DNA of 52,055 nt, the filler included, from Bipalium vagum (taxonomy: Eukaryota), in assembly GCA_037834085.1 (NCBI GenBank). It is 3 parts of 3 records of this genome, joined end to end, with 100 filler letters (N's around TTAATTAATTAA, not from the genome) between each part and the next. Parts side by side here need not be neighbours in the genome. Positions count along the whole stretch, not along the records: positions 1 to 16,238 come from JBBMKC010120938.1; positions 16,339 to 35,854 come from JBBMKC010266507.1; 1 more part is not named here. One strand, given 5' to 3'. The translations under genes were made by a program, and so were the position numbers. The first letter of the stretch is position 1. Every line of letters begins with the position of its first letter. Positions 12,580 to 26,375 of this stretch are shown in pieces. The notes beneath the pieces were generated by a model, which saw only the letters and a program-made list of their open reading frames with translations, had not been told where the DNA came from and did no database searches.

Positions 12580-13479
12580 GTAAGAATTTTAAAATATTTA
12601 GAGCATTTTTGGATTTTTATTTTTTTAAAAAGACCTAACTATATAAATTTAATTAAGTACTTTAACGGGCTAGAGAAAATTTTGAACTCTAAATTAGTAA
12701 AAAATAAAATAATTTCTCTTGTAAGATTTTAATTGGTTTATTATCAATTTAATATGTAATATTAAAATATTTTCCTGTAAAAATGTTTGAAACATATCAT
12801 GACGACATAAGAAATATCGTTTTTTCAATTTATTAATGTTAATATTTTGTTTTAATATATCAAAATCATTTTTTTCTGAGATTTTATGAATTGAGTTTAA
12901 CGTCAAATGTTAAATTTATTAAATGTATCAAATCTGTAAAGCTGACAGACAAAATATTGAATGAAGATCACATACGACATTGTATTATTTACGAATTTTA
13001 TCTTGATAAAACCTAATCAAAGATGTCATGCTGTTGAAGTCAGGAAATGTCTGAGATGATAGAAATTTTTATAACAGATTCTCCTAAACTGGACAAATCG
13101 CTATAATGCATAGTGACGCTATATAGGCATCGACTGAATAAATAAATATTAATTTGAATCGGTTATTAAGTGTTGTTTTTATTTACAATTCAAATTTAAA
13201 AAATAAACTGTGTGCGTTAACAATTGTTAAATTCTCTACTTCATGGTAGCAATTTATTAGGATTTTCAAATTTCTTTTTAATAATTTAAGTTCGTTTTTT
13301 AATAATATATAATACCGTTGTTTTAATTTGGCTATATTGTCTATAATAAGCAAGACTAATAATAATCAACAATGTCAAGTATAAATAATAATTGAAAAAA
13401 TTATCGTATTAATTTATTAACGTATTTAAAAATAAATCAACTTTTCATATATGACACTCATATTCGGCATTGAATGATC

Positions 13480-14525
13480 TATTAGTTTAAACGGGTATCA
13501 AATGCTAATGTTTTCACCAAAATATCAACAATGTTTAAAATGAAATGTTCGCAAATGTCAAAAAAGGTTCGACTGGTTTCGCATGGTAATCTCAGTTTGG
13601 AGGACAAACCACGTTGACATTGACAATCTGCGATGGATAATGATGTATTAAAAGCTATCATCGAAACAGATCCTAGACAAAGATTAGAAGAATTATCAGT
13701 TCTAGTAAATTTTAGTGTCAGAAGTGTATGGAACCAAATAGCAGAGATACGCAAAAGCAATAAGTGGGGTGTTTGGGCTTATACTGGTTTACTTCCAGAA
13801 TAGAAGAATAATCGAGTTCAAATCTCTCACTCTTTATTCTTTCAACATTTAAAGAAACCATTCTTCAAATGGAATGTGACTGAAGATGAAAAGTGGATAA
13901 TGTATTAGAAATCACGTAAAAATATCATTGGTTATCTCCAGCCAAAACCCATGTACCAGTAATGAAAGCAGGACTACATATAAATGTCTTATTGAGTATC
14001 TTCTGGGATTTCAAAGGATTAATTCACTTTGGATTATCATAAATGGGTCAAAAAATAAATTCCGTTGTATATTGTAAGATTCTTTACCGTTTGAGAGATG
14101 CATTAATTGTGAAACATTCTGCATTAATCAACAGAAACAAAATAATTTTTCATCAAAACTGGGCTAGATCACATGCTGCAAAAGTGAAGTAGCAAAAGCT
14201 AGAAGTCTTTCAATGGGTAATAATATCTCAGTCTCCATATAGCCCAGACATCGCGCTTTCGGATTAGTATTTGTTTCGATCTTTACAATATTTCCTTCGT
14301 GGAAAAAGGTTTGACAGAATTCGTAATATTGAAACTGCACTGACTCATTTCTTTAGTCAAAATCCCAGTCCTGTTATGGAAATGTCATCTAAAATTTGAT
14401 CAACGTTGAGAAGGGGATATAAATAACAGTGGAGAAGATATACTTGATTGATTTCGTTTTGTTATTTACATAAATAAATTAAAATTTTCTAAAAAAAACT
14501 AACTTTCAATTCGAAACCCCTAATA
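13480..14525 (+). mobile_element. Decayed mariner transposon
   Basis: VTEDEKW and PYSPDIALSD motifs. 3' TIR ...CGAAACCCCTAATA. Confidence 0.85.
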
Positions 14526-14749
14526 TAAAATTTAATTAGTTTTATTTAAAGCACTTAAATATTTTTTTAATAAAGTATTTATTAGAACCACATATATACC
14601 TTTTAGATTGATAACCTTGTTATTTTTCAGGTAGTCATTCTTTCATCAGCTAAAATTTCCTTGGATATTTTACCAAATAGTTTTTACATTCGATACATAG
14701 AACACAAGTTTACCCTATTCTGATTCCTAAAAGATTTAAAGAAAATATA

Positions 14750-15105
14750 ATCTTACGGTGCTAGTGAATACAAAATTCAATCAAGATACTTGTAAAGAAC
14801 TAGAATTGGAAGTCTTACCTCATCCGCCATATTCTCCAGACATCTGATTTCCATTTATTGAGATAGATGACACATAGACTGTCGGAACAGCGCCTTCGCA
14901 AATATGATCAAATCATATTTTGGCTAGATAAATGGATTTTATATAAAGAAGAAAATTTCTTTTACAATGGATTTCACAAGTTATCAGAAATTTGGACTAA
15001 AGTTATAGCGAACGATGAGAAATATGTATAATATAATTGTTTTGTATCTTTAAAATAAATGCAATTTTTTTAAAAAATCCACAGAATTAACTGCTACACC
15101 TAATA
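14750..15105 (+). mobile_element. Mariner 3' fragment
   Basis: LPHPPYSPD motif and terminal ...CTACACCTAATA. Confidence 0.8.
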
Positions 15106-16238
15106 TTTTGAAATCCACGAAGCTTTTTTAAGTGAATGGAAAAAGAAGTCAGAAAGATCAAGATCTGGACTTTATGTAGTTTCCTAACAGTTCAAGGTCC
15201 CAATTTACGACATTGGATATGGAAACAACGCTTGCCTGCATTGGTGAGCTGTAATCTAAATAATAAAGTTTGAACAGTCTATTCCTTTGTCGCAGTTTTC
15301 TTATCCTTTGCATAAGGTTGAGATAATATGAACTATCTCTTCTCAGTTCGATTTCAATTTTTATCAAATCAAGGTAGAACTGAAAGAAAAAAGATTTCCA
15401 TTAATTAAATTATTATTATTACATAATATTTTAATTAATAAATAATATTGTTAAGATAAATAAAATATCAATAAAGAAATATTATTTTCATCAAAGTTTA
15501 TCAAAACTATAAATTATATAAATAAAAAAATTAAGTATTAAATTGAGAATTAATTGATTAATTTCTGAAAAATATATTATTTCATTTTTTGAAAGTGAAA
15601 CCAAGTTCACGCCGAATTCAGCAATTAGAAATATAAAATAAATTATTTTCTGTTTTAAAATTCTGAGTTCAACAAAAGTTCCAGCAAAAAATTACAATTA
15701 TTTCATTACTTTTTGTCATTGAAGGCAAGGGCTAAGTGTAAATGACATAATTTGTCTGGCTTCATTCAGGATTAAATTTCTGTATGATGGATAAAAATTT
15801 AGAACATAAGTAAATAAATAAATTCAAAGGAAACCAACATATGAATTAGTTATTAATAAATTCCACATAATTTCCATTAATTTTAGGGTTATTAATATTT
15901 GTTATATTGAATAATAATATATTTAATTAATAATATTATATCGAATTATTTTTTATTATTTATATTCAATATTTTTGAAATTTATTAATTTGATTTCACT
16001 TATTTGAAATTATTCAAAATCACAGCATTATTGTGTAATTATATTAAATAAAAATAAATAATTTGTTATAAATACTTCAATAATTTAATGTGAAAAAATA
16101 TGGTTCATTCGGTTAATTTTTATTTGTTAAATTTATGAAATAATTATGTTATTTATTCCAAATATTGAAACAAGCGTTAAATATTTACTTAAGGAATAAA
16201 AATAGTGACTATACTATTAAGAATTTGTAATATATATA

Positions 16239-16338
16239 NNNNNNNNNNNNNNNNNNNNNNNNNNNNNNNNNNNNNNNNNNNNTTAATTAATTAANNNNNN
16301 NNNNNNNNNNNNNNNNNNNNNNNNNNNNNNNNNNNNNN
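16239..16338. other. Artificial assembly join (44 N + TTAATTAATTAA + 44 N)
   Basis: Six-frame-stop linker inside an exactly 100-nt gap. Confidence 0.95.
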
Positions 16339-16822
16339 AAAATTGAAAAATTTAAAGCAAAGGAGATAAAAATATATCCATTTTCAATTATTTATATTTA
16401 TATTCCAAAATCTGCGATGAAACCATCTCTGTTCTGAAAAAATATTTCCTGTTTTTAATATTATAAACATTCTTTTTTGTTAATTATTTTATGAATTAAT
16501 TTTTAAAAATGTGAACATTTCTTAGTTGAAAGTGGGAAGAAATGGCCAATAGTTTTCAAAATGAAATAGTTATTGTTACCAATTCTCTTAAACAATGAAA
16601 CCCAATGCATCTCCTGGGTGCTACCTTCATATCACAATATCACTTACCAACCAACGTAAATTATTAATACTAAAGGAATTCTTTTGCGATAACATTTCTT
16701 CCATAAATTTCCTTTTGTATAAGGGAATTTTATTTATCCACAGGGAAATTTAAAACTAATGACTTTCTTTTTCATATTTGTAGTTAAATGCATTTGGGTT
16801 TATTGATTAACTAAATATGATT

Positions 16823-17106
16823 AATATGAACATTTTCAAATTGAAACTTATTTTCCCAAATTCGATTTTAATATATATGTAACGGTTCAAGGTTGCCCAA
16901 ATAATAATGATATCCTCAGCGTCAATTATGGGGTCCAATTTTGTTCTTACCAAATTGAGTGGAAAAAAAAGACTAAATTTGTTTTTCCCCAAGTGCTATA
17001 TGCGAGTGACGGAGGAAAACTAGGACACATGGAGACATTTGCAACCCCTTTAAAATCAATGGACGTAATCGGAACGTATGAATCTGGAATAGAAGGCTTT
17101 TATTAA
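16823..17106 (+). pseudogene. 5'-truncated duplicate of secreted paralog A (C-terminal ~94 codons; the duplication continues through the 3' flank to ~17403)
   Basis: Near-identical to ~20537-21115, including the 3' flank and the (AAT)n tract. The frame is open to the same stop, but no 5' half is visible. Confidence 0.75.
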
Positions 17107-17403
17107 CACATGAAGAAAGTGATTTGTTTTATTTTATCTTTTTTTTTCATTACCGCTCTCCATTTATGCAAGTTCTCTTCAGTGATTATTTCTAAACTTT
17201 GTTCATATTTTCATTCTTTACTCTTGTATCATTATTTAAAATTAGAATTTTATTTATTTATTTATATTTCGTTGCTGTTCCTTTTAAATACTGATTTGAT
17301 TTCATAAATAAATTTAATTTTAATCTTAACAGCCTTATCGGTTTTTTTAGAAAAATAAATAATAAATAATAATAATAATAATTATTATAATAATAATAAT
17401 AAT

Positions 17404-18372
17404 CACGAAAAAATCCCAGGATTGGCATACCCTGATGATCTAATGTTCTTTTCTAGATCAACCAATGAACTCCAATTAATATTGGATGAGATGAGCGGTG
17501 CTTTGGATAGAGTGCACATAACATTTCGGCCACAGAAATGTGGATATTTTAATACTGATTCCAATGTTTGAATTTGCGTAAAAATATATAGAGACCAAGT
17601 GTGGTGCAAGAACTAAGATTACTGATGAGCAATTACGAGTAATGCAGGTCACTCCTGACTCGATCTTTACTTAATAATGTAATGAAAAGGTTCCATATAG
17701 AAACCTCGATTGACCTAACTCTAGCATTGAGGTGGCTCAGCGATAACCTCAAAAGCGATCTTAATGTTCAGAGAAAATAGTGAACTAAGATACGGGTTTC
17801 TGTGAAGGTTCTGAGATCCAGAAGTACAGAATGCGAATTTTTTTATGTATGAGGAAGAGGTAAAGCTAAAAGTAATTATGAAATTGATTAACAGTCGAAG
17901 AGTTACTTTTTCGGAAACAAAAACTTAGATGATACCACCATGACTCTCCACCAAGGGCTGGGTATTCACTACTACAGCAGGTCGATGAGTCATGTGGGCC
18001 AAGGTCGGGGAAACATAAGTTGAAAAACTACAGTGGAAAAATAAGCCCATGAGTTAATTCACTACTCCACCAGCCAACACCAACCAACAGCGAAGCACAA
18101 TCACGTGTTAAAGCTGTTGTTTAACTTTCTAAGAGACTGGACGTAGATATGAAAGTACGTCCACAAGAAAATAGCACTTGAAACCAGCAACAAACTCGAT
18201 ATCTTGACGATTAATCTCTGGTGTCTCGGCTCCTGGGATCTAGAGAATGATAACGTGCTCCGTTGACTTGGTTTCAAAGAAACGGACAAACATAGACTAT
18301 CAACCGATATGAGTGCGTCCGTTATCTCGAAATCATATCATATTTATCTGCAACATGTAGCTAAAGGTTGAA
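17404..18372 (+). mobile_element. 5'-truncated, internally deleted RLE-type non-LTR retrotransposon (NeSL/R2-like)
   Basis: Starts with RT motif LAYPDDL...LQLILD...F.P.KC and ends with KY...LGSWDLENDNVL..LG...SVISKSYHIYLQHV, typical of NeSL-clade C-termini. Confidence 0.72.
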
Positions 18373-20029
18373 AATCTTATTATTTATAAGTACTTTTGAT
18401 CCTTATTATCCTAACACATACTAAATTAAGTAGAGTATCACATATAAACATTTAGTAAATTAATAAGAACTTTACTCTCGAATAATGAAAATAATAATAA
18501 ATTACCTAATTATAAGATTTTCATAAAATAACTTTAAATAAAATTTTTATTATACATTTTTGATTTGTTTTCTTTCCTTTATATGATATTTTGAACAAAT
18601 GCGCTTATCTTTTTATTTTTTATATAAGTTTACAATAAAATTTTAACTTAATTTCTAACTAATTTTTTTAAAAAAAATTCTTTTAAAATTATATAGTAAT
18701 AGTTTAAATTTTTTAAATTTAATACCTTAAAACCAGTTTAAAATCTTTAACAAAATTTATCTACTTACTTTAAAAATCTACCAACTTTCTTTTAAAATTT
18801 AGCATACTTACTGTTGGGTAACATTAAATTTTGACGCCTCTTTTCTTTGCAAAATACCGTGACTATGATCTATCATTTTCTTCAGACTCTGCACCGATTT
18901 TGAAGGCATTTATTAATAATACGGCCACTTCCACTATTTTGTTCTGCATTTATGTTATTCTTTTTTCATCAAAGAATTTGATCTAGTGTAGATTTTGCAG
19001 TATTTTCTTTCATGAAGTGCGCAACGATCGCAGATTTCTACATATTGTTGTGCAAATTTGCAAAGGCGTACACGCGTTTTTGAAAGGTTTCTTTCTTTTT
19101 CATTAATATTTTAATATTATCTTAATTACCAACATTAAATAAAATATGCTCTTCAAAAATTCTCTACAAAATAAGATTCACTTCAAATTTTTAAATATAT
19201 TGATTCTTAGTTTAAATTGATTTGAAAATTTTCTGGATTTTTAATTGTTAGATGTTAATTGATTAAAATTGTTTTTCTCAAAAAAGTATTTCGATTTTAT
19301 CATTTCATTAAAGTGAACTTTTTTCCCAACCTAATAATAAAAATAAAAAACCATTTTCAAGGTCCTGTAATAAAATGGTTTTAATGAATTTTTTTATTTT
19401 GTTTTTATATTTTAAAATATTTTAAGTTTTTCTTCATTTTTATCTCAAAATAAACTAAATTTAATAGTCTGAAAGGAAAAAATATTTAATTGTAATTACA
19501 AAATTTATTAAAACTAAATGCGATAGTCAAAGTGAACTCGATTAACTATAGAACAAAATCGTAAAAGTTATAAGGAAGACAGTAGAAGTTTTGTTGAAGC
19601 TGAGCCATTCTTTTCATATTGATTTATAGACACCATTTTTCATCTCCAGTAACTATGCAGTAAAGAAAACGAAATAACTATAAATCACACATAACATTTA
19701 ATATTTGGGTTTTCAATATTAAGAATTGAACTAAATTATAAAAGTAATGCAACAGGTGATCTTTCTCTTTACATTTTTGCGAGAGGAATATCATTTTAAA
19801 AACAAGCAAAAAGTACGTTTTGGGATCCTGTTCTCGAAGATTGGTTTTCTCTACTACTTATAATATCCCCTAATTGCTCACTTTTTGCTATTTATTTTCT
19901 ATTACATGAACATCTCCTATTGGATTAATGTCAAACATTAACTTTTCACTTCAAATAATTTCATTTGTCAAATTTCAATCAATAAATGCTTTCTTTTTTT
20001 TGTCAGTGGTCTTTATTCATTCATTTAAA

Positions 20030-20821
20030 ATGTGGCCTTTTTTGTTTTTATTAACCTTACTAGCAGATTACACAATGTCGTCGGTACTCCAATGTGGAGT
20101 TCAAGCTCTTTCAAGTCAAAGGAAATATTTCCTAATGAAAAAAGATTTATGCTTAATTCCCAAATCAAATTCATCCGAACTTAATCAATTCTTAATTAGT
20201 CAATCTTACAATAAAAAAGCAGGTGAATTTCTTTTGTTTAGAGTTATGTCCGGTACAGGCACAAATTATCCATTCTATTTCATTGAAGAGAAAACTGGAA
20301 GAAGATGTTTAGAAAATGCTCCAGAAAATGAGTTTGGGAATTTCCGAAGTATACTTTTAGATGAATGGGATACTGTAAGACCATTGTTTATGAATATTAG
20401 TGTAAGAGATTATAATAACAAAGTTGTTGCTTTTTTGCTTTTTAAAGTTACTGAAAACGATACATTGACCTCTTGGTTCCAAATACAAAATTTAGCTGAC
20501 AGTTATCCCTGGAAATATGATGTTTTACGTAGTTATAAATATGAACATTTTCAAATTGCAAGTTCTTTGCCCCAATTGGATTTTAATATATATGTAACGG
20601 TTCAAGGTTGCCCAAATAATAATGGTATCCTCAGCGTCAATTATGGGGTTCAATATTGTTCTTACCAAATTGAGTGGAAAAATAAGACTAAATTTGTTTT
20701 TCCCCAGGTGCTATATGCGAATGATGGAGGAAAACCAGGGCATATGGAGACATTTGCAACCCCTGTAAAATCAATGGACATTATTGGAACGTATGAATCT
20801 GGAATAGAAGTCTTTTATTAA
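20030..20821 (+). CDS. Intronless secreted protein, 263 aa, uncharacterised family (paralog A)
   Basis: Likely start at the internal ATG (AAAATG), giving signal-peptide-like MWPFLFLLTLLADYTMS. Full-length paralogy to 33362-34171 with conserved Cys/Trp. Confidence 0.85.
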   Translation: MWPFLFLLTLLADYTMSSVLQCGVQALSSQRKYFLMKKDLCLIPKSNSSELNQFLISQSYNKKAGEFLLFRVMSGTGTNYPFYFIEEKTGRRCLENAPENEFGNFRSILLDEWDTVRPLFMNISVRDYNNKVVAFLLFKVTENDTLTSWFQIQNLADSYPWKYDVLRSYKYEHFQIASSLPQLDFNIYVTVQGCPNNNGILSVNYGVQYCSYQIEWKNKTKFVFPQVLYANDGGKPGHMETFATPVKSMDIIGTYESGIEVFY

Positions 20822-22413
20822 CACATGAAGAAAGTGCTTTGTTTTATTTTATCTTATTTATTTTTCATTACCACTCTCTATTTATGCAAGTTCTGTTAAT
20901 TGATTATTCCTAGACTTTCTTTATATAATGACATTTTTGACTCTTGCATCAGTGTTTAAAATTAGAATTTTATTTATTTATTTATATTTCGTTGCTGTTC
21001 CTTTTAAATACTGATTTGATTTCATAAATAAATTTAATTTTAGTTTTTAATGTTTTATCGGATTTTTAAAAAAATAAATAATAATAATAATAATAATAAT
21101 AGTAATAATAATAATTAAAAGTACAATTCAAATTTCAACTACCAGGTAAGTTCTACCTATGAATTTGTAACAGATCATCTCAGGAAAAACAATATCAATT
21201 TTAAATGTTTTTAAAATCTTTTTTTTCAGCTTTTAGCATCCTAATGTTACAGAATGCTTTGTTATACTAAAAAGTTGTATACAAAATCCTAGACTAAAAG
21301 GAAATACTAATTCAATATTACATTAAGTGTTTTATATTACTTACACTCTTTATTGAAATATTAAAATGAAAATGGAACGATAACAAAAAACCTTCGCATA
21401 TAAGGAAAATTGTTTTAAAAATTTTGATATTTATTATTTAAGAAAGATTTTTTAATTTTTAAATATTATTTTGGACTTTACCTATTTTTAGTTTCTTTAG
21501 TTATTTAGTGGGAGACTGAAACATACCAAACTTACTTTCGCAAATTAAATTATTAAATTATTATTTTTTGTTTTTTGGATAAATGATTGAATAAGAAATC
21601 TAAGGCAACTAAATTTTTTGTAGAAAGTATTTTTTTATCTATTTTTTATTATCTAATCAAAAGATGTTACATCGCTTCTGAAACATTCCTGGATAAATTA
21701 CATAACCTGAATGATTAATTTTTATTTTTTATTTTTTTTTTTAGGTAAACTGAGTTTACGGAACATCTTTTAAGCCATCTTAGTAAATGTTCTTTTCAAC
21801 GTACACTAGATTTAAGGACAACTTTTCTACCATCTAAGTGACCGCCGTAAAAGATTAAGACATTGGCCGCCCACCCCCAATGGGGCAGGCTGGGTTCATG
21901 GGCCGCAAAATCTCCCTAAAATTCATAGATCCAATGAGGTGCAAGATTAGGATGAGGTAATAATGGTTGAGTCCATATGTACAAATCAGCCTCCCTCAAT
22001 CCGACTGTTTTATACAGTAATACTCGGTCATGGTACTAAACACACTTAGTGAACACGACTTCCCAAGCCGACGATAAAACTGAGAAGAACAGTTCTTACA
22101 CTTTTTGATCTTAGCTATGAAGCTAGAAGCGATTCATACTTAAAGACGGAGAAACCCCTTGTATCCATAAAAAACAATACTGCTGACAAATTACAAATCA
22201 CCAAAGCATCGTGTATAGAATGTCTGTCGAATTACTTTTATCGTTCAACCTATCTGGGTTTAATATATTTATGTAAAACCGAAAATTAATAAGAAATCAT
22301 ATGTATTTATGCTTAAAATTTAACTCACTGGTTCTACCGGTATTATTCAATGATAATATCATCGATGCCTGAACTCCATATTAGGAATTTATTATATTTA
22401 GAGAAAATCTTGG

Positions 22414-22921
22414 ATCATGTTTTTTTTTACCGAAATGACTATCTAGTCTGTTTTTTGACCGGTCCTGGGTAGATCAAAAAAGTCAGTTACTGAATACACG
22501 GACGTTTCAAAATCGTTCGTTATTCATTTCTATGCAGAAATGAGGGGAAAATGTTAGATTATTTTCTTTAAAATTATGTTCATCGAACTGCCAACTACAA
22601 AATAAATTTTGTTGACCGGGAAACTGGTGCTTACACGCAGATTTGAATCGATTTGGAAGAAACTGAAGATTAAGATCGTGTCAATGAAGGGCGTCCATGG
22701 TGATTTCTTTGAGTTATATCTAAGTAAACAAAAACATTCAATCAAGAAACTGCGAATCAATTTTTTACTTAATAAATTTCTAAATAGAAAATTATTTCTT
22801 TTTATTATTTTTTTGTGATTCGTCTCAAGTCTCTTTTTTGACATCTATCAAATACATCTGTCGATACGATTGACCGGTCAAAAAAGAGACTTGATAGTCA
22901 TTTCAATAAAAAAAACATGAT
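22414..22921. mobile_element. MITE with ~50-bp TIRs and an approximate 9-bp TSD (Mutator-like)
   Basis: ATCATGTTTT...GAAATGACTATC.AGTCT.TTTTTTGACCGGTC and its inverted copy at 22872-22921. AAAATCTTG occurs on both flanks. Confidence 0.65.
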
Positions 22922-25900
22922 AAAAAATCTTGATAGCTTCAAGTAGTGTGGAAAAGGGTTTATCAAAGCCAACACCCAAGAAGTATAATTTGGGTTTTTC
23001 ACAAATCTTATGATTTAATTTAAAATTGTTTGATTATTTCACCCGTCATTATTCCTCTTAAAGTCATTTCTAATTTAAAAGTTTAGGTTAAGTAAAAGAA
23101 ATTGCCACTTAATTTTAATTTTGACAATTAAATTTTTGCTGCAACTATAATGAAGTTTAATAAATTTCTTAATTTCTTTCAGTAGCCTTAGTTATTTTAT
23201 TAGTTTTATAAGGTGGCCTAGAAATGATAGTCAAAATATAAAAATTCCTATTAAATTTAATGGATCAGTTTTACTTATTATCGATTCACAATCCGAGATC
23301 CCACATTTAGTTGATCTAGATAGTGACTCTGAATTGACAGATGATCCAATTGGAATACGTCAACAGTACAATGACAGTTAGTGATGGAACGTAAAGTCAA
23401 AAAGCTTGTAATTATCATTTTATTTGTTTGCGTGGTTAGTAAACGAACCAACTTACGAGATATTGAACGATGACCTAGCATAATATCCGACTATTCTTTA
23501 GTTAAATAAACCATTTTTCTTTACTGAATAAAATTGATAAAAGTCCTCCCCATCGCCAATTAAGGATTTTCCACCGGCCTCAAATGGTCCCCTAGGAATT
23601 TTCCAAATTCCACAGGACCCATCGAAAAGTCATTTTGAGTTATAGAAATCTACTTTTGTTAAGTTTTTAAAAGCGGTGGTTTACTTTCAGTTGTTTTAAA
23701 CCTTAAAAATACTTTCAAAAACTTAACGTAGCTAGTATTAATTAAATTGTTAATTAAATATCAGAAGGATTTTAAAGAGTGTAACGTTCGGTTTATGTAA
23801 AAGGCTGAGTTTATAGATATCTTTATTTTAAATCGATTGTGTATCTTTAATGTTTTTGCGATTAATAATTATGAATCAAACGTAAATATGATTAAACTCA
23901 ATATAAAAATATAAAAGTGGTATTCACAAAATCAAAACAGATCGATTGAATAATAGTAATTTAAAAATTGTATTTTTTATCGACTCAAAAACTTTTACAA
24001 AACCTTGTTAAACAAATTTACAAATTTTAAAAATTATTATTAAAGATAAGTCCCGGAAATTTCAGATTATACTCTTTGCAAACTTAGCTTAAAGAGTCCT
24101 CGAAATTCAAAAAGCGCTCCTCCGCCCTACTTGACGTCGAGGAAGCAAAAAGATTACAAAAGGAAAACAAATAAAACTAGTTTGTTATTGGAATAACAAT
24201 TGGGGATCTATCCAATTGTTTAATTCCCTTTTTAAGTTTAAAGATAATTTTAAAATATTTACAATATTCAATTTGTAATCAAATTGATATTGCGAATAAA
24301 ATTAAAAACAAAAAATAAAATAACTTTTTTATAATTGTTCTATTTCGTAGTCGAAATAATCTTGTAATTGGCTTGATAGTTAATAATCCCGTCTTGCGGT
24401 TTGAAATAGTGATTGTTCTCGTCTCGTTTCTCGTACTTGGTTGACAGCGAATGATCTTTTTTCAATTGTGTTGGTTTTCCTTTTCCGTAAGTCGATCCTC
24501 GTCTATCGTAAGATTGAATCAAGTTTTTGTTTTATTGTTTCGGTTGCTGTTTTCAGTTGTTCTTTCAGTTGCCTTTCCAATCGTTCGTTCTGTTTTTTCC
24601 TTTCTTTTTTTAATTGTTCGTCCAGTAGCTTATATATAGCTAAAAATTCGTTTTGCAGTATCCGATTTCTGGTTTACTTGTCAACAGTTCTGATATTTGA
24701 TCTTCGTGATATAACAATATTGGTTGATGATTTGATTGCTACTGACTGACTAGGATCTAATTTCTATTTTGACTTTAATAGTATTTGACGTTGGATTTTT
24801 CGTCTCGATTTTTGTTTCTATCTTTTAACTATGAGCGACTTTATTTATAATAAAAAATTTCTCTTTTAATTATTTTTAATAATCTGCAATTACTAATTTT
24901 AATTTTTTATATATTATTTTTTATTATTTATTCAGTTATAGGTTATTATTTTTAGTAATTATTTTTACTGAACTTTTTAAATTTAGTATTATTCAAATCT
25001 ATATACTATTTTCTTATAAATATTAATTATATTTTATTTATTTTATATTTTTATAATTTTCGGGATCTATCAATAATAATTTACATATATTTAATAATAA
25101 TTCACAATATATAATAATAATTCACACATATTTTACACGCATGCACAATAAAAAGTTTTTTTACAATATTTCCAGATTCCATGCACAAAAAAGGTTCAAT
25201 GAATCACAAAAAATGTTTTTAAAGTTAATACAAAAAGGTTTAATTCTGTCTCTCGTCTCTTGGAAGTCCTGAAGTTCGCTTGGGAGTCCCCACACTTAGA
25301 TTTCTGAACTTTTATTTTTCTTTCGCTCATGTCTATAGATGACTTTCTTCTTTTATATTAGTAGAATTGAGAATTGTCACTAACTTATACTATCGATGAG
25401 AGTCTATTGTTCATACATCTTATTATTTCTAACCTGTTTGGCTTGAAAACAGGAAAACCTTCAAAACACTCGAATTATATCATGTCATCTGAATGTTATA
25501 TTTCGTTATAAAATATTTGTGTACATGATCATATATATAATTCACTAACCGGCGCGCATGATTATATTGACCATTTAAAAAATACAAAATGAATATTTTT
25601 CTAATAAAATTTTTAAGGAAATATGATTTTTTAAAAAATCCCAAACGTACTTTATTCTACTTTTTACTATCGCTAGTACAATTTTTTTCATCATGAAAGT
25701 ACATAATGATTTCTAAACAAGAGTAAACCATTTATTAAAAATTATTTACTACATAAAATCACACAATTTTAATAACCTATTCCATTGTTTTCTATTTAAT
25801 TTTTATCGAAACTTATTTAGTTAAAATTTAACGATTTCTCAACCACCTCGTCATTCTAAAATTTTTAAACTATATATTCAAACAATATTTTTGAATAACC

Positions 25901-26375
25901 TCATCACTATATAATACTAGTTACAAAATATCTCAATAGCTCAGTGAAACTAAATATTTTAACTTTATACTTCTGATATTCTTTTATTTCTAATTGGTTT
26001 TTCTAGTTGGAAATAACTAGGCTTTCTTTGAAGTGATTTTTTTTAATACATGAACATCAAAATTTTTAATTTATTGATTGATAATAATTTTCGTGATTTA
26101 TTTTTAATTTTTCCCATTATTAGTTTATTAACTATTATTTTCTTAGTTTTATTTATATTTATATTTTATCAATTATTATTAATTACAAAATTATCATTTT
26201 ATTTTATTTTTTTCAAAATTTTTATTATTATTTAATAAAAGGTGTGAATGGAAAATTTTTTTCAATACAGCAAGTCATAACAGAAAAAGTTCAAATAAAA
26301 TTAAAAGAAAAAGATATTGAAAAATGATAAACGCCACGTGAATATTAATGATGAAAATGATCAATATTTACTGAA

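Noticed and set aside
19928-20029. N-terminal 34 aa of the 297-aa ORF
   Set aside because: The paralog and the signal peptide align from the ATG at 20030. The upstream part is T-rich and contains an acceptor-like TTTTTGTCAG.
24340-25400. Possible gag/LTR remnant or coiled-coil gene on the minus strand
   Set aside because: Interrupted frames and no diagnostic motif, PBS or paired LTR that I could verify.
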